Source: an uncultured Gammaproteobacteria bacterium (GTDB lineage Bacteria > Pseudomonadota > Gammaproteobacteria > Chromatiales > Chromatiaceae). From it: DNA of 48,135 bases. The position numbers and the translations under genes were made by a program. Shown one piece after another: positions 31,294-43,880 of this stretch. The DNA lies in NCBI GenBank assembly GCA_964516045.1, contig CAZEWM010000001.1:1-48135 (forward strand), in the 5' to 3' direction. Position 1 is the first letter of the stretch, and each line of letters opens with the position of its first letter. The notes beneath the pieces were generated by a model. It saw only the letters and a program-made list of their open reading frames with translations. It did no database searches and was not told the DNA's origin.

Positions 31294-33222
31294 ATGACAA
31301 AAAATATCGTACTTTGGGTGATCATCGCGGTCGTTCTGATGACGGTATTCAATAGCTTCAATTCACCTCGTTCGAACATGCCTGAGTTGTCATATTCGAA
31401 GTTTGTTGAGGAAGTTAAGTCAAACAACGTTAAGGATGTGACGCTGACCGAAATGGGTCGCTCGACCATCATTACTGGTTCGACATATTCAGGTGCGCGT
31501 TTCGAATCGACAGCGCCGCATGATATTTGGTTGGTTAGTGACCTGCTTAAAAACAATGTTGAGTTCAAAGTTAAAAAGCCAGAAGAGCCATCGGTTCTGT
31601 GGCAGATCTTAATTAACTGGTTCCCACTCTTTGTATTGATTGCACTCTGGATCTTCTTTATGCGCCAGATGCAAGGTGGTGGCGGTGGTCGCGGCGCTAT
31701 GTCTTTTGGTAAAAGTAAGGCGCGCATGCTGACCGAAGATCAAGTGAAGGTTAACTTTGCTGACGTTGCTGGCTGTGAAGAAGCCAAAGAAGAAGTTAAA
31801 GAGCTGGTCGACTTCTTAAAGGACCCAAGCAAGTTCCAAAAACTGGGCGGTAAGATTCCGAAAGGTGTCTTGATGGTTGGCCCTCCAGGTACAGGTAAAA
31901 CCCTTTTGGCGCGTGCGATTGCCGGCGAAGCTAAGGTGCCTTTCTTCACCATTTCAGGCTCTGATTTTGTTGAAATGTTTGTAGGTGTCGGTGCATCTCG
32001 TGTTCGCGATATGTTCGAACAAGCTAAGAAGCATGCTCCATGCATTATCTTCATCGATGAGATTGATGCAGTCGGTCGTCATCGTGGCGCAGGTCTAGGT
32101 GGCGGTCACGATGAGCGTGAGCAGACCTTGAACCAATTGTTGGTTGAGATGGATGGTTTCGAAGGCAACGAGGGTGTCATCGTGATTGCGGCCACTAACC
32201 GCCCAGATGTACTTGACCCTGCGTTGTTGCGCCCTGGTCGTTTTGACCGTCAGGTGGTTGTTGGCTTGCCAGATATCTTGGGCCGCGAACAAATACTGAA
32301 AGTGCATCTGCGTAAAGTGCCAATGGCAGACGATGTGAATGCATCCGTTATTGCGCGCGGTACACCGGGTTTCTCTGGTGCTGATCTTGCGAACTTGGTT
32401 AACGAAGCGGCGTTGTTCGCTGCTCGTGCGGACAAGCGCTTGGTCGACATGGATGACATGGAGAAAGCCAAAGACAAAATTATGATGGGCGCTGAGCGCC
32501 GGTCGATGGCAATGAAAGAGGACGAGAAGCGTTTAACGGCTTATCACGAAGCAGGTCACGCGATCGTTGGTTTGAAAGTGCCATCACATGATCCGGTTTA
32601 CAAAGTGTCGATTATTCCTCGTGGCCGTGCTTTAGGTGTAACTATGTTCTTGCCCGAGGAAGATCGATATAGCCATAGCAAAGAGCATCTTGAGAGTCAG
32701 ATCTCTAGCTTGTTTGGTGGTCGTATTGCTGAGGCGATTATCTTTGGTGAAAACTCTGTAACAACGGGTGCTTCTAACGACATCATGCGTGCGACAGACA
32801 TTGCACGAAACATGGTTACTAAATGGGGTCTGTCAGATCGTATGGGTCCATTGGCGTATGGTGAGGATGAAGGCGAAGTTTTCTTAGGTCGTTCTGTGAC
32901 ACAGCATAAAGCCATGTCGGATGACACAGCGCATGCGATAGATGAAGAGATCCGTTCGCTAATTGATAACAACTATGATCGTGCGGAAGCTATCTTGAAA
33001 GATAATATGGATAAGCTGCATGCAATGGCAGATGCCTTGATGAAGTTTGAGACCATCGATAGCGAGCAGATTGCCGACATAATGGAAGGGCGTGATCCAC
33101 GCCCACCAACAGGTTGGGGTGATGATTCAGGTGATACCCCTGGCGGTAATGCGCCATCAGCTGAACTGAAAGAAGATGACAAAGCGGAAAAGCCAATTGG
33201 CGGCCCTGCAGGTCAGCATTAA
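31294..33222 (+). CDS. ftsH: ATP-dependent zinc metalloprotease FtsH
   Basis: [22 protein letters not shown] matches the E. coli FtsH N-terminus. Walker A GPPGTGKT, Walker [33 protein letters not shown], zinc site HEAGHA. Start trimmed from 31258. GTG 31286 is an alternative. Confidence 0.95.
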   Translation: MTKNIVLWVIIAVVLMTVFNSFNSPRSNMPELSYSKFVEEVKSNNVKDVTLTEMGRSTIITGSTYSGARFESTAPHDIWLVSDLLKNNVEFKVKKPEEPSVLWQILINWFPLFVLIALWIFFMRQMQGGGGGRGAMSFGKSKARMLTEDQVKVNFADVAGCEEAKEEVKELVDFLKDPSKFQKLGGKIPKGVLMVGPPGTGKTLLARAIAGEAKVPFFTISGSDFVEMFVGVGASRVRDMFEQAKKHAPCIIFIDEIDAVGRHRGAGLGGGHDEREQTLNQLLVEMDGFEGNEGVIVIAATNRPDVLDPALLRPGRFDRQVVVGLPDILGREQILKVHLRKVPMADDVNASVIARGTPGFSGADLANLVNEAALFAARADKRLVDMDDMEKAKDKIMMGAERRSMAMKEDEKRLTAYHEAGHAIVGLKVPSHDPVYKVSIIPRGRALGVTMFLPEEDRYSHSKEHLESQISSLFGGRIAEAIIFGENSVTTGASNDIMRATDIARNMVTKWGLSDRMGPLAYGEDEGEVFLGRSVTQHKAMSDDTAHAIDEEIRSLIDNNYDRAEAILKDNMDKLHAMADALMKFETIDSEQIADIMEGRDPRPPTGWGDDSGDTPGGNAPSAELKEDDKAEKPIGGPAGQH

Positions 33223-33245
33223 TCATTCGCTTGATGTAACGTAAG

Positions 33246-33272
33246 AACCGGGAGCTTGCTCCCGGTTTTTTT
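33246..33272 (+). terminator. Rho-independent terminator after ftsH
   Basis: aaccggga / gcttgc loop / tcccggtt stem-loop followed by a 7-T run (33266-33272). Confidence 0.85.
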
Positions 33273-33286
33273 ATGGATAATTTTTA

Positions 33287-34096
33287 ATGGCAACGATTGA
33301 TCTTTCTCAAACACAGGTAATGGGCATCTTGAATGTTACGCCTGACTCTTTCTCAGATGGTGGTCGATTCACGGTGCTTGATGATGCACTTCGCCAAGTG
33401 GACATGATGCAGAGAGAAGGCGCGACACTGGTTGATGTGGGTGGTGAGTCAACACGTCCTGGTGCGCAAGCCGTCTCTGAGCAAGATGAGTTAGATAGAG
33501 TGCTTCCTGTAGTCGCAGCGATTCGTGAGCGTTTTGAGATTGGCATTTCTGTGGATACCAGTAAGACGGAAGTGATGCGTCAGGCGGTCGCTGCAGGAGC
33601 AACTATGATCAATGACGTGAACGCCTTACGCGCTAGGGGTGCCATGTCACTCATGGCTGAAATGAATGTCCCAGTGTGTCTGATGCACATGAAGGGCGAG
33701 CCAAGAACCATGCAAGTCGATCCTCAGTATTCTGATGTTGTCGCCGATGTAGAGCGTTTTTTGCTCGATCAAGCCCAGATGTTGCTTGATGCTGGAGTCG
33801 TAAAATCACAGATTTGTATTGATCCAGGGTTTGGCTTTGGAAAGAAGCTTGAACACAATCTGGCACTGTTTAATGCCATTCCGCGCCTTGCAGCACATGG
33901 CTTTGCAGTGCTTGTGGGTGTATCGCGCAAATCGATGTTAGGCCAAATTACCGGTCGTGAGACATCAGAGAGAATGCCAGGTAGTGTTGCTGCTGCGTTG
34001 CTTGCCTGGGAAAAAGGGGCGAAAATACTCAGAGTTCATGACGTAGCCGAAACAATCGATGCGTTGAAACTATGGAAGGCAATTAATAACCAATAA
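33287..34096 (+). CDS. folP: Dihydropteroate synthase
   Basis: [46 protein letters not shown] and ILRVHDV motifs. Confidence 0.94.
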   Translation: MATIDLSQTQVMGILNVTPDSFSDGGRFTVLDDALRQVDMMQREGATLVDVGGESTRPGAQAVSEQDELDRVLPVVAAIRERFEIGISVDTSKTEVMRQAVAAGATMINDVNALRARGAMSLMAEMNVPVCLMHMKGEPRTMQVDPQYSDVVADVERFLLDQAQMLLDAGVVKSQICIDPGFGFGKKLEHNLALFNAIPRLAAHGFAVLVGVSRKSMLGQITGRETSERMPGSVAAALLAWEKGAKILRVHDVAETIDALKLWKAINNQ

Positions 34097-34109
34097 CAAG
34101 GATGCAAAG

Positions 34110-35450
34110 ATGAGTCGCAAATATTTTGGAACAGATGGTGTGCGTGGTCGTGTTGGTGATGCGGTCATCAATCCTGAGTTTGTCTTAAAGCTCGGTTGGG
34201 CTGCCGGCAAGGTGCTCGGTGGTGGGTCCGGCGGTAAAGTTTTGATCGGTAAAGACACCCGTATCTCCGGTTATATGTTTGAGTCAGCACTTGAAGCAGG
34301 ACTGTCTGCTGCGGGCCTAGATGTGCGACTCCTTGGCCCTATGCCAACCCCTGCAATTGCTTATCTGACAAGAACTTTGCGAGCCAGTGCGGGTATTGTG
34401 ATTAGCGCATCACACAACCCTTATTACGATAACGGCATTAAGTTTTTCTCAGCCGGTGGCGAGAAGCTCCCGGATGAAGTTGAGCTTGAGATAGAAGCGA
34501 TGCTGGACCAACCAATGACAACGGTTGCATCAGAGGCGCTCGGTAAAGTTAAGCGTATTGAAGATGCGCGAGGCCGTTATATTGAATTTTGTAAATCGAC
34601 CATTCCTTCGCGCCTTTCTTTAAAAGGTCTGCGTGTAGTGGTGGATTGCGCAAATGGTGCTACTTATCACATTGCACCGGATGTGTTCCGTGAGCTCGGT
34701 GCGGATGTTATTGCGATTGGTAATGAACCCGACGGTTTAAACATCAATGAAGGCGTTGGCGCGACGCATCCCGAGAATTTGGCTGCGGTTGTGAAAGAGC
34801 TTCGTGCAGATATTGGCATCTCATTGGATGGCGATGGTGACCGATTGGTTATGGTTGATGCTGACGGTGAGATTCGTGATGGTGACGAGGTGCTTTACGT
34901 TCTAGCGTTGTCTCGCCTGAGTAGCAATGCCATGCGTGGAGATGTGGTCGGCACTTTGATGACTAATCTCGGTCTTGAGGTCGCACTTAAAGAAAAGGGT
35001 ATCGGTCTGTCCCGTGTGAATGTCGGTGACCGGTATATCCTCGAAAAATTACTCAAAGAAGATTGGGTAATCGGCGGTGAGCCGTCAGGCCATATTATCT
35101 GTTTGGATCGCACCACAACCGGTGATGGCATTGTGTCTGCTCTTCAGGTGCTGGCGGAAATGAATAAAACTGGCAAAAGCTTGGCTCAGCTGTGCTCAGG
35201 TATGACTAAATATCCGCAGGTTCTGATTAACGTTAAATTGGGCGACGCTGTTGCGAAAGAGATCATGCAAAAGCCTCAGGTAACCGAAGCTGTTGTGGCG
35301 GTAGAGGCTGAAATGGGTGACAGTGGTCGAGTGCTTTTGCGCCCATCAGGTACTGAGCCGCTTATTCGCGTGATGGTTGAAGGATCTGATGCTGATCAGG
35401 TGCAGCGCAAAGCGGAGCAAATTGCCGACGCGGTGCGTTCTACACTCTAA
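34110..35450 (+). CDS. glmM: Phosphoglucosamine mutase
   Basis: [11 protein letters not shown]-terminus, phosphoserine loop [16 protein letters not shown], Mg site [34 protein letters not shown]. Confidence 0.96.
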   Translation: MSRKYFGTDGVRGRVGDAVINPEFVLKLGWAAGKVLGGGSGGKVLIGKDTRISGYMFESALEAGLSAAGLDVRLLGPMPTPAIAYLTRTLRASAGIVISASHNPYYDNGIKFFSAGGEKLPDEVELEIEAMLDQPMTTVASEALGKVKRIEDARGRYIEFCKSTIPSRLSLKGLRVVVDCANGATYHIAPDVFRELGADVIAIGNEPDGLNINEGVGATHPENLAAVVKELRADIGISLDGDGDRLVMVDADGEIRDGDEVLYVLALSRLSSNAMRGDVVGTLMTNLGLEVALKEKGIGLSRVNVGDRYILEKLLKEDWVIGGEPSGHIICLDRTTTGDGIVSALQVLAEMNKTGKSLAQLCSGMTKYPQVLINVKLGDAVAKEIMQKPQVTEAVVAVEAEMGDSGRVLLRPSGTEPLIRVMVEGSDADQVQRKAEQIADAVRSTL

Positions 35451-35555
35451 ATCCCACCCTGTAAAACGCGGCTAAATGCGTTGATTTTAAAGGCTTGTGC
35501 CGGTAAAGTACGCCGCCTTGTAATGTGCTCAGAATAAAATAGAAGTAGGTAAAAG

Positions 35556-36311
35556 ATGCGTCAACCTTTAGTCGCCGGTAACTGGAAAATGAATGGCTCT
35601 CGTGACAGCGTAAAAGCGTTGTTGGATGGGCTTAAAGCAGGTATTTCAACGGTTACTACTGCTGAGGTTGCGGTTTGTTGCCCACATGCTTATTTGGCTG
35701 ATGTGCAGGCTTCACTGACTGGCTCTGCGATTGCGTGGGGTGGTCAGGATGTCTCTATTCATGACTCGGGTGCATACACCGGTGAAACAGCGGGCTCAAT
35801 GCTGACCGACTTCGGTGCAAAGTTCGTGATCATTGGTCACTCTGAGCGTCGTCAGTATCACGGCGAGACCGATCAGCAAGTGGCGGAGAAATTCTCAGCT
35901 GCGCGTAAAAACGGTTTGATTCCTTTGTTTTGCATTGGCGAAACATTGGAAGAGCGCGAAGGTGGTGTGATGGAGCAGGTGATTGCGCGTCAAGTTGATG
36001 TGGTAATCGAGCACTGTGGTATCGCAATGCTGGGCGAAGGCGTTATTGCGTATGAGCCTGTTTGGGCGATTGGTACTGGTGTGACTGCGTCTCCAGAGCA
36101 AGCGCAAGAAGTGCATGCGTTTATTCGTGCACGTATTGCTGAAAAAGATGCGACTGTCGCTGAAAAGATTCAGATTCTTTACGGTGGCAGCATGAACCCT
36201 GCGAATGCTGCTGAGTTGATGGCTCAAGCAGACATTGACGGTGGTTTGATTGGTGGTGCTTCATTGAAGCCCGATGATTTCTTGGCGGTATGCACAGCGG
36301 CTAACCGTTAA
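35556..36311 (+). CDS. tpiA: Triosephosphate isomerase
   Basis: VAGNWKMNG, IIGHSERR, AYEPVWAIGTG, YGGSMNPANA motifs. Confidence 0.96.
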   Translation: MRQPLVAGNWKMNGSRDSVKALLDGLKAGISTVTTAEVAVCCPHAYLADVQASLTGSAIAWGGQDVSIHDSGAYTGETAGSMLTDFGAKFVIIGHSERRQYHGETDQQVAEKFSAARKNGLIPLFCIGETLEEREGGVMEQVIARQVDVVIEHCGIAMLGEGVIAYEPVWAIGTGVTASPEQAQEVHAFIRARIAEKDATVAEKIQILYGGSMNPANAAELMAQADIDGGLIGGASLKPDDFLAVCTAANR

Positions 36312-36330
36312 GCAAAACGAAGATTAGGTT

Positions 36331-36699
36331 ATGGAAACAGTACTTGTTGTTGTTCATTTGTTTTTAGCGATCGGCCTTGTTGGCTTGATCCTTGTTCAGC
36401 ACGGTAAAGGTGCGGACATGGGTGCAGCATTTGGTGCTGGTGGTGCGGGTAGTGTTTTTGGCTCATCGGGTGCGGGTAACTTCCTGTCACGTACGACGGG
36501 CGTGTTAGCGATTGCTTTTTTCATTACAAGTTTGGCGTTGGCTTATTTTGCGATGAATACCAGTGATAAAGGTTCAGTGATGGCAAATGCTGCTGTTGAG
36601 CAATCTGTTGCGATCGAACCTGCGCAAACTGATTTGCCTGTGATTCCTGAAACTGCAACACCAAAGAATGACGGATCGGACGTGCCGACTGTTAAATAA
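36331..36699 (+). CDS. secG: Preprotein translocase subunit SecG
   Basis: Two TM helices flank a Gly-rich loop (LVQHGKGADMGAAFGAGGAGSVFGSSGAGNFLSRTT). Followed directly by tRNA-Leu, as in the E. coli secG-leuU unit. Confidence 0.9.
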   Translation: METVLVVVHLFLAIGLVGLILVQHGKGADMGAAFGAGGAGSVFGSSGAGNFLSRTTGVLAIAFFITSLALAYFAMNTSDKGSVMANAAVEQSVAIEPAQTDLPVIPETATPKNDGSDVPTVK

Positions 36700-36705
36700 G
36701 AGTTA

Positions 36706-36790
36706 GCCCAAGTGGTGGAATTGGTAGACACGCCATCTTGAGGGGGTGGTAGCTTAGGCTGTGCCGGTTCAAGTCCGGCCTTGGGCACCA
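36706..36790 (+). tRNA. leuU: tRNA-Leu (anticodon GAG), type II with long variable arm, CCA encoded
   Basis: Folded by hand. Acceptor GCCCAAG/CTTGGGC. 3-bp D stem. Anticodon stem CCATC/GGTGG with loop TT-GAG-GG. 13-nt variable arm. T arm GCCGG-TTCAAGT-CCGGC. Discriminator A + CCA. Total 85 nt. Confidence 0.93.
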
Positions 36791-36794
36791 ATTC

Positions 36795-36831
36795 AAAACG
36801 GTATCGACAGAAATGTTGATACCGTTTTTTT
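36795..36831 (+). terminator. Strong rho-independent terminator after tRNA-Leu
   Basis: ~15-bp stem aaaacggtatcgaca / tgttgataccgtttt with a GAAA tetraloop, running into a T-tract that ends at 36831. Confidence 0.85.
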
Positions 36832-36891
36832 ATGCCTAGAAAAAATAATAAATTGACCAATAAAATCAATGGCTTGTAGGGGGCGTTTGAT

Positions 36892-36921
36892 TTGACACTA
36901 AGGTCTATCCCTAGCTAAGCT
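36892..36921 (+). promoter_or_regulatory. Candidate nuo operon promoter (TTGACA-18-TAAGCT) in an AT-rich leader
   Basis: Perfect -35 TTGACA at 36892-36897, 18-nt spacer, weak -10 TAAGCT at 36916-36921. Followed by an AT-rich AATAATAAA tandem and the GGAGGTGG SD of nuoA. Confidence 0.3.
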
Positions 36922-36979
36922 TTAAGCGTTAAATTGCCCTTAAATAATAAAATAATAAACAAGTAGTGGAGGTGGCAGA

Positions 36980-37336
36980 GTGCTGGAAAACTATCTGCCA
37001 ATCTTAGTTTTCATCTGGGCTGGTATTGTCGTTGGCATGCTAGTTCTTGGTATCGGTTTGGCTTTAGCTCCAAGTCGTCCTGACCCCGCAAAAAACTCAC
37101 CGTTTGAGTGTGGTTTCGAGGCGTTTGAAGACGCGCGCATGAAATTTGATGTGCGTTATTACCTCGTGGCAATTCTATTCATTATTTTCGACCTTGAGAT
37201 CGCTTTCCTTTTCCCTTGGGCGGTGGCGCTTGATGACATCGGTATGGCGGGTTTCTGGGCAATGATGATTTTCTTAGGCTTGCTTGTTGTTGGCTTTATT
37301 TACGAATGGAAGAAGGGGGCGCTGGAATGGGAATAG
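36980..37336 (+). CDS. nuoA: NADH-quinone oxidoreductase subunit A
   Basis: GTG start after the GGAGGTGG SD. Three TM helices. Conserved PFECGF and [21 protein letters not shown] motifs. Confidence 0.93.
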   Translation: MLENYLPILVFIWAGIVVGMLVLGIGLALAPSRPDPAKNSPFECGFEAFEDARMKFDVRYYLVAILFIIFDLEIAFLFPWAVALDDIGMAGFWAMMIFLGLLVVGFIYEWKKGALEWE

Positions 37337-37803
37337 AAGGCGTTCTTGAGCAGGGTTTTGTTACCACCTCTGCTGACAAGCTCATCAACTGGGCACGCAC
37401 TGGCTCGATGTGGCCTGTGACCTTTGGCTTGGCGTGCTGCGCGGTTGAAATGATGCACGCAGCGGCATCTCGCTACGATATTGACCGTTTTGGCATGGTC
37501 TTCCGTCCATCACCTCGTCAGTCTGACGTGATGATTGTTGCTGGCACCTTGGTTAACAAAATGGCACCTGCGCTACGTAAGGTTTATGACCAGATGGCTG
37601 AGCCTCGTTGGGTAATTTCAATGGGTTCTTGCGCGAATGGCGGTGGTTATTATCACTATTCTTATTCGGTGGTGCGTGGGTGTGACCGTATTGTGCCGGT
37701 CGATGTTTATGTGCCGGGTTGTCCGCCAACCGCTGAAGCGTTGCTTTACGGCATTCTCCAGTTGCACGACAAAATTCGTCGTACCAACACCATAGCCCGC
37801 TAA
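37327..37803 (+). CDS. nuoB: NADH-quinone oxidoreductase subunit B
   Basis: N2 cluster ligands: [30 protein letters not shown]. Start set to the ATG at 37327 ([11 protein letters not shown]...), overlapping the nuoA stop by 10 nt. The track start at 37306 is a likely over-extension. Confidence 0.94.
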   Translation: MGIEGVLEQGFVTTSADKLINWARTGSMWPVTFGLACCAVEMMHAAASRYDIDRFGMVFRPSPRQSDVMIVAGTLVNKMAPALRKVYDQMAEPRWVISMGSCANGGGYYHYSYSVVRGCDRIVPVDVYVPGCPPTAEALLYGILQLHDKIRRTNTIAR

Positions 37804-37817
37804 ATCGAGAGTTCACG

Positions 37818-38528
37818 ATGAGTTACGAAGATCGTTTGGATGACTTAGTGGATGCGCTGGAAGAACGACTCGAAGATTTCGAGGGTTGGTCTATAAAGCG
37901 CGAATATGAAGAGGTGACGTTAACGGTAACTCGCGAACAGCTACTTGCGGTAATGCAGCTGCTGCGTCGTCACAAAGATATCTCTATGGATAGCTGTATT
38001 GATGTGGTCGGTGTGGATTATGCCGATTACGGTAAGTCTGAATGGGTGACTAAGTCGACTGAAGGCGGCTTCTCTCGAGGCGTTGATCGCAATAAGCCGG
38101 AATGTGATCCGGAAAATCGTTTTGCGGTGACCTACCACCTGATATCAATTGCACACAATGTGCGTATGCGCGTTAAAACCTACCTCGATGCGCGTCAGCC
38201 TATCGTGGATTCAGTTACTTCGGTTTGGGCAAGTGCTAATTGGCATGAGCGTGAAACGTTCGATTTATACGGCATCTTGTTTGCAGGTCATCCCGATTTG
38301 CGTCGCATCCTGACGGACTATGGCTTTATTGGCCATCCATTCCGTAAAGACTTCCCACTGATTGGTGAGGTAGAGATGCGTTACGACGCCGAACAGCGTC
38401 GCGTGATTTATCAGCCAGTCAGCATTGAGCCGCGCACTTTAGTGCCGCGTGTTATCCGTGATGACTTGCGTTACGAAGAGGGCTGGAAGCCTGAAGTAGA
38501 GGAACCAGCGGAGGCTGACAATGCCTGA
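37818..38528 (+). CDS. nuoC: NADH-quinone oxidoreductase subunit C (separate from NuoD)
   Basis: Conserved core [44 protein letters not shown]. Contains a ~30-aa insert after GVDY. Acidic C-terminal tail. Confidence 0.94.
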   Translation: MSYEDRLDDLVDALEERLEDFEGWSIKREYEEVTLTVTREQLLAVMQLLRRHKDISMDSCIDVVGVDYADYGKSEWVTKSTEGGFSRGVDRNKPECDPENRFAVTYHLISIAHNVRMRVKTYLDARQPIVDSVTSVWASANWHERETFDLYGILFAGHPDLRRILTDYGFIGHPFRKDFPLIGEVEMRYDAEQRRVIYQPVSIEPRTLVPRVIRDDLRYEEGWKPEVEEPAEADNA

Positions 38529-39774
38529 GATTCGTAACTACACATTGAATTTTGGTCCAGCTCACCCAGCGGCGCACGGTGTATTGCGTTTGGTTCTTGA
38601 GATGGATGGCGAGGTTATCGAGCGTGCTGACCCGCACGTTGGCTTGTTGCACCGTGGTACCGAAAAGCTCGCTGAAAGTAAGCCATACAATCAATCAATT
38701 GGTTACATGGATCGGCTCGATTATGTTTCCATGATGTGTAACGAGCACGGCTATGTGCGTGCTATTGAAAAGCTTGTGGGTGTCGAAGCACCGATTCGTG
38801 CGCAATACATTCGCACCATGTATGACGAGATCACACGTATCTTGAACCACCTGATGTGGCTCGGTACGCATGCACTCGACGTTGGTGCAATGACAATGTT
38901 CTTGTACTGCTTCCGTGAGCGCGAAGACTTGATGGATTGTTACGAGGCCGTCTCTGGTGCTCGTATGCACGCGACTTACTACCGTCCCGGTGGTGTCTAC
39001 CGTGACTTACCTGATCAGATGCCTCGTTTTGAAGCAGGTCGTTTCTGCAGTGAGAAGGATGCTAAGCGTCGTAATGCAAATCGTGAAGGTTCATTGCTCG
39101 ACTTTATTGAAGACTTTGCTGATCGTTTCCCTGGCCTTGTTGATGAATATGAAACCTTGCTTACGGATAACCGTATTTGGAAGCAGCGTACGGTGGGCAT
39201 TGGCGTTGTTACGCCAGAACGTGCACGTCAGCTTGGCTTTACCGGACCGATGCTGCGTGGTTCAGGTATCGCATGGGATTTGCGTAAGAAGCAGCCTTAT
39301 GCGGCTTACAACAACATAGACTTTGATATTCCGATTGGCACCAACGGTGATTGCTATGACCGTTATCTTGTGCGCGTTGCAGAGATGCGCCAATCAGCAA
39401 GCATCATTAAGCAATGTGTTGCATGGCTACGTGAAAACCCAGGTCCGGTGATGATTGAAGATCATAAGATCTCGCCACCAAAACGTTCGGATATGAAGGG
39501 TGACATGGAATCATTGATTCACCACTTCAAACTATTCACTGAAGGCTTCTGTCCGCCAGAAGGTGAGGTGTATGCCGCTGTTGAGGCACCTAAGGGTGAG
39601 TTTGGCTGCTACATCGTGTCTGATGGTGCTAACAAACCTTACCGCCTTAAAGTGCGTGCACCTGGGTTTACCCATTTGGCAGCAATGAACGAAATGGCAA
39701 AGGGCCACATGTTGGCCGACGTGGTAGCAATTATCGGCACCATGGATATCGTATTTGGAGAGATCGACCGATGA
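38521..39774 (+). CDS. nuoD: NADH-quinone oxidoreductase subunit D
   Basis: [42 protein letters not shown] and C-terminal [10 protein letters not shown] motifs. ATGCCTGA overlap with nuoC. Confidence 0.97.
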   Translation: MPEIRNYTLNFGPAHPAAHGVLRLVLEMDGEVIERADPHVGLLHRGTEKLAESKPYNQSIGYMDRLDYVSMMCNEHGYVRAIEKLVGVEAPIRAQYIRTMYDEITRILNHLMWLGTHALDVGAMTMFLYCFREREDLMDCYEAVSGARMHATYYRPGGVYRDLPDQMPRFEAGRFCSEKDAKRRNANREGSLLDFIEDFADRFPGLVDEYETLLTDNRIWKQRTVGIGVVTPERARQLGFTGPMLRGSGIAWDLRKKQPYAAYNNIDFDIPIGTNGDCYDRYLVRVAEMRQSASIIKQCVAWLRENPGPVMIEDHKISPPKRSDMKGDMESLIHHFKLFTEGFCPPEGEVYAAVEAPKGEFGCYIVSDGANKPYRLKVRAPGFTHLAAMNEMAKGHMLADVVAIIGTMDIVFGEIDR

Positions 39775-40304
39775 GTATGCGTGACGAGCCGCAAATTCGC
39801 GTCGCCAAAGTCGAAGATAAAGATGCGTTGTTTACGCCTGAAGTGCGTGCACAAATTAATAAAGAGATCGCTAAGTATCCTGATGAGTGGCGTCAATCAG
39901 CATGTATGGCTTCACTGACAATTGTTCAGGATATGAATGGCGGGTTTCTCACAAAAGAACTAATGGATCAGGTTGCTGATTATCTCGATATGCCGCCAAT
40001 TGCGGTTTATGAAGTGGCGACTTTTTATTCAATGTACGAACACAAGCCCGTTGGTCGTCACAAGATCTGCTTGTGTACGAATGTGTCGTGCATGATCAAT
40101 GGATCAGATGGGCTCTTTGATCATCTTAAGCAGCGTTTAGGTGTTAAAGGTTTTGGTGAAGTTACCCCTGACGGCAAGTTCAGTATCAAAGAGGTCGAGT
40201 GTCTGGGTGCCTGTGGTGGAGCGCCGATGATGCAAATCGGTCACTCGTATTACGAGAACCTAACCCCTGAGTTGATTGATCAGATTTTGGATGGTTTGGA
40301 GTAA
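39771..40304 (+). CDS. nuoE: NADH-quinone oxidoreductase subunit E (2Fe-2S)
   Basis: Thioredoxin-like [2Fe-2S] ligands: ICLCTNVSC...[16 protein letters not shown] overlap with nuoD. Confidence 0.95.
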   Translation: MSMRDEPQIRVAKVEDKDALFTPEVRAQINKEIAKYPDEWRQSACMASLTIVQDMNGGFLTKELMDQVADYLDMPPIAVYEVATFYSMYEHKPVGRHKICLCTNVSCMINGSDGLFDHLKQRLGVKGFGEVTPDGKFSIKEVECLGACGGAPMMQIGHSYYENLTPELIDQILDGLE

Positions 40305-40307
40305 GTT

Positions 40308-41573
40308 ATGGCGAATGAAGTTTGTTTCCGTACCTTGCACAAGGATCGTTCTTGGAAGCTGGACACCTATGTCAGCGAAGGTGGTTATGAAGCGCTGAAG
40401 CAGATCTTGGAAAACAAGACCTCACCTGAAGACATCATTGATATGGTGAAAAAATCGGGCCTTCGTGGTCGTGGTGGTGCGGGCTTCCCAACAGGTTTGA
40501 AGTGGAGCTTCATTAACCGTGCCGCACCTGGTGATAAATACATCGTGTGTAACTCAGATGAGGGTGAGCCGGGCACCTTTAAAGATCGCGACATTACGCG
40601 CTATAACCCACACGCTTTGATTGAAGGCATGATCATCGCCGGCTACACCATTGGCGCGGTGGCAGGATACAACTATCTGCGTGGCGAGTTCTGGGAACCG
40701 TATGAGCGTTTCGAAGAGGCGCTAGAAGAAGCGCGTGCTGCGGGTCTTCTGGGCAAGAATATTCTTGGCACAGATTTCAGCTACGACATTCATACGCATT
40801 TAGGTGCGGGTGCCTACATTTGTGGCGAAGAGACTGCATTGCTAGAGTCGATCGAAGGCAAAAAAGGTCAGCCTCGTTTTAAGCCACCATTCCCTGCGAT
40901 GTTTGGCTTGTATGGTCGTCCGACGGTGATTAATAACACCGAAACATTAGCGTCTATTCCCGATATCGTTCGTCAAGGTCCTGACTGGTTCCGTGAGATT
41001 GGTGTTGAAAATAGTGGCGGCCCAAAACTGTTTTCAATCTCTGGCAATGTTGCGCGCCCTGGTAACTATGAAATTCCCATGGGTACGCCATTTGCTGAGC
41101 TTCTTGAGATGGCTGGCGGCATGCGAGACGGTCGCCCGATCAAAGCGGTGATTCCAGGTGGTTCATCAGCACCTGTATTGCCCGGTGATGTGATGATGGA
41201 TCTGACGATGGATTATCAGAGCATTCAAAATGCGGGCTCTATGCTTGGCTCGGGTGCGGTGATCGTAATGGACGATAGCAACTGTATGGTGAAGATTCTC
41301 GAGCGTATTTCCTATTTCTACTACGAAGAGTCGTGTGGTCAATGTACGCCATGTCGTGAAGGTACTGGCTGGATGCACCGCGTGGTTAAGCGTATTGAGC
41401 ATGGTCAAGGTCGCATGGAAGATTTGGATCTACTTGATGACGTTGCTCAAAAGATTATGGGTAAAACAATTTGTGCTCTAGGTGATGCAGCTGCATTACC
41501 GGTTGCTAGCTTTGTTAAACATTTCCGTGATGAATTTGCTTATCACGTTGAACACAAGAAGTGCATGGTGTAA
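40308..41573 (+). CDS. nuoF: NADH-quinone oxidoreductase subunit F (FMN/NADH site, 4Fe-4S)
   Basis: [47 protein letters not shown] and [10 protein letters not shown] motifs. Confidence 0.97.
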   Translation: MANEVCFRTLHKDRSWKLDTYVSEGGYEALKQILENKTSPEDIIDMVKKSGLRGRGGAGFPTGLKWSFINRAAPGDKYIVCNSDEGEPGTFKDRDITRYNPHALIEGMIIAGYTIGAVAGYNYLRGEFWEPYERFEEALEEARAAGLLGKNILGTDFSYDIHTHLGAGAYICGEETALLESIEGKKGQPRFKPPFPAMFGLYGRPTVINNTETLASIPDIVRQGPDWFREIGVENSGGPKLFSISGNVARPGNYEIPMGTPFAELLEMAGGMRDGRPIKAVIPGGSSAPVLPGDVMMDLTMDYQSIQNAGSMLGSGAVIVMDDSNCMVKILERISYFYYEESCGQCTPCREGTGWMHRVVKRIEHGQGRMEDLDLLDDVAQKIMGKTICALGDAAALPVASFVKHFRDEFAYHVEHKKCMV

Positions 41574-41576
41574 CGC

Positions 41577-43880
41577 ATGAGTGATCAGCAAATCTCTATA
41601 GAAGTTGATGGCAAAAAACTCGATGCGACCGCAGGTCAGATGCTTATCGAGGTAACGGATAAAGCAGGCATTACGGTGCCGCGTTTCTGTTATCACAAGC
41701 ACCTTTCTGTCGCTGCTAACTGCCGCATGTGTTTGGTTGAGGTGGAGAATGCACCAAAGCCATTGCCCGCATGTGCAACCCCGTGTACGGATGGAATGAA
41801 AGTCTTCACCCGTTCGCCTGTGGCACGTGCTGCGCAAAAGGGAACGATGGAATTCCTATTGATCAATCACCCGCTGGATTGCCCGATTTGTGACCAGGGG
41901 GGTGAGTGTGAATTGCAAGATGTCGCCATGGGTTACGGTGGTGATGTCTCACGTTTCAGTGAGCAAAAGCGTGTGGTGCGTGACGAGAACTTAGGTTCAT
42001 TGATTGCAACTGATATGACTCGTTGTATTCACTGCACACGTTGTGTTCGTTTTGGTGCAGAGATCGCAGGTCTTCGTGAAATGGGCGCGACTGGCCGTGG
42101 TGAGCACATGCGCATTGGTGTTTACATCGAACAAGCAGTTGGCTCAGAGCTCAGCGGCAATATTATTGACTTGTGCCCAGTGGGTGCATTGACCTCAAAG
42201 CCTTACCGATACACGGCACGTTCTTGGGAATTAACGCAAGCTGACGGCATCCCTGCGCATGATGGTGTGGGCAGTAATGTGCATTGGCACATTCGTCGTA
42301 ATCAAATCATGCGTGCCATCCCGCGTGAAAATCAGGCCTGTAATCAAACATGGCTATCGGACCGAGATCGTTTTGCCTACCAAGGGTTTAATGCGGATGA
42401 CCGTATTGCGGTTCCAATGATTCGTGAGAATGGCAAGCTACAAGAAACCGACTGGGATGAAGCGTTAGAGGTTGCGGCAAACTTATTAAAAGCAGCGCCG
42501 CCTGAAAAGTTAGGTGCATTGGTGTCACCTAATGCGACAACTGAAGAAGCGTATTTAGCTGCCAAGCTAATGCGAGGATTGAATTCCGAGAATATTGATC
42601 ACCGTTTGCGCCAAGTGGATTTTCGCGGTGATGCAAATAACCCGTCATTGCAATGGTTCGGTCAGCGTTTCGAAGCGCTTGCAGATAATTCAGCAACATT
42701 ATTGGTTGGTAGCTGGCTGAGAAAAGAACAGCCAATGTTAAATCACCGTTTGCGTCAATCTTTCTTAGATGGCGGTATTGTGATGGCAATCAACCCAGTG
42801 GCGTATTCGTTTAACTATGATCTCGATGTTGATGTGGTGTGCTCACCGGCTGATATGGTGGTTGAGCTTGCTGGTGTTGCCAAGGCTTTGGGTCTTTCTA
42901 CCTGCGGCGTTGAGGTTGATGTCGATGAATCTCATCAAACCATTGCCAACACACTAAAAGAGGCAGAGCAGGGCAGCATCATTTTGGGCAACTCGGCCAT
43001 GATGCATCCAGATTATTCGATCCTGCGTCGTCTGGCGGCTTCGATTGCGACAGCTGCGAATGTTGTTTGGGGTACGACAGGTTTTGGTGCAAATGATGTG
43101 GGTGCAGCCTTTGCTGGTGCTGTTCCAACATCAGGCTTGAATGCATCGCAAATGCTCTCTGGAGGCACTGATACCTTGATGGTAGTGGGTGCTGAATTAG
43201 AACTTGATACGGCCAATGCGGCACAAGCAAGAGAAGCGTTAGCAGATCAGAAAGTGATCGCAGTTGTTTCACACATGTCAGATGTGTTGGCTTCAACGGC
43301 AGATGTCATTCTGCCATGTGGCGTAATTGCTGAAACTTCTGGCACTTTAGTTAATAACCAAGGCGATGTGCAGAGCTTTACCGGTGTGGTTCCGCCGCCA
43401 GGTGAGTCGCGCCCAGCGTGGAAGATTTTACGCGTGCTTGGCAACTTGGTTGATGTTGAGGGCTTTGATTATCTTGATAGCCACGATGTTCGTAATGAGT
43501 TGCTTGGCGATCACATTCAATTGCCAGTATGCAATGCAATGACAGAGGGTGTCGATCAATCTCGCAGTTTGGTTAGCGGTATTCAGCGTATTGGTGATGT
43601 GCCAATGTATTCGATTGACTCCGTTGTGCGTCGCTCAACGGCACTGCAACACACGCCAGACTCATTTAAAGGTCAGGCGCGTATTTCGTCAGATTTGGCA
43701 GAGCAAATTCAATTAGGTGTGTCGGGTCGTATTCGCGTTACTCAAGAGACAGCCACAGTTGAAATTGAGGCAATTGCTGATGATTCGGTGGCATCTCAGT
43801 GCGTATGGTTACCCATTGGTGTCGTGGAAACGACTGCGCTCGGTAATGGCTTTGCTGCGATCAGTGTGGAGAAGGCGTAA
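41577..43880 (+). CDS. nuoG: NADH-quinone oxidoreductase subunit G (767 aa)
   Basis: N-terminal 2Fe-2S ([23 protein letters not shown]), [25 protein letters not shown] and CPVGALT clusters, followed by a molybdopterin-oxidoreductase-like domain. Confidence 0.96.
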   Translation: MSDQQISIEVDGKKLDATAGQMLIEVTDKAGITVPRFCYHKHLSVAANCRMCLVEVENAPKPLPACATPCTDGMKVFTRSPVARAAQKGTMEFLLINHPLDCPICDQGGECELQDVAMGYGGDVSRFSEQKRVVRDENLGSLIATDMTRCIHCTRCVRFGAEIAGLREMGATGRGEHMRIGVYIEQAVGSELSGNIIDLCPVGALTSKPYRYTARSWELTQADGIPAHDGVGSNVHWHIRRNQIMRAIPRENQACNQTWLSDRDRFAYQGFNADDRIAVPMIRENGKLQETDWDEALEVAANLLKAAPPEKLGALVSPNATTEEAYLAAKLMRGLNSENIDHRLRQVDFRGDANNPSLQWFGQRFEALADNSATLLVGSWLRKEQPMLNHRLRQSFLDGGIVMAINPVAYSFNYDLDVDVVCSPADMVVELAGVAKALGLSTCGVEVDVDESHQTIANTLKEAEQGSIILGNSAMMHPDYSILRRLAASIATAANVVWGTTGFGANDVGAAFAGAVPTSGLNASQMLSGGTDTLMVVGAELELDTANAAQAREALADQKVIAVVSHMSDVLASTADVILPCGVIAETSGTLVNNQGDVQSFTGVVPPPGESRPAWKILRVLGNLVDVEGFDYLDSHDVRNELLGDHIQLPVCNAMTEGVDQSRSLVSGIQRIGDVPMYSIDSVVRRSTALQHTPDSFKGQARISSDLAEQIQLGVSGRIRVTQETATVEIEAIADDSVASQCVWLPIGVVETTALGNGFAAISVEKA

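Noticed and set aside
36543-36869. 108-aa minus-strand ORF covering the secG 3' end, tRNA-Leu and its terminator.
   Set aside because: It overlaps a well-folded tRNA gene and a strong terminator, and it is antisense to secG. Spurious.
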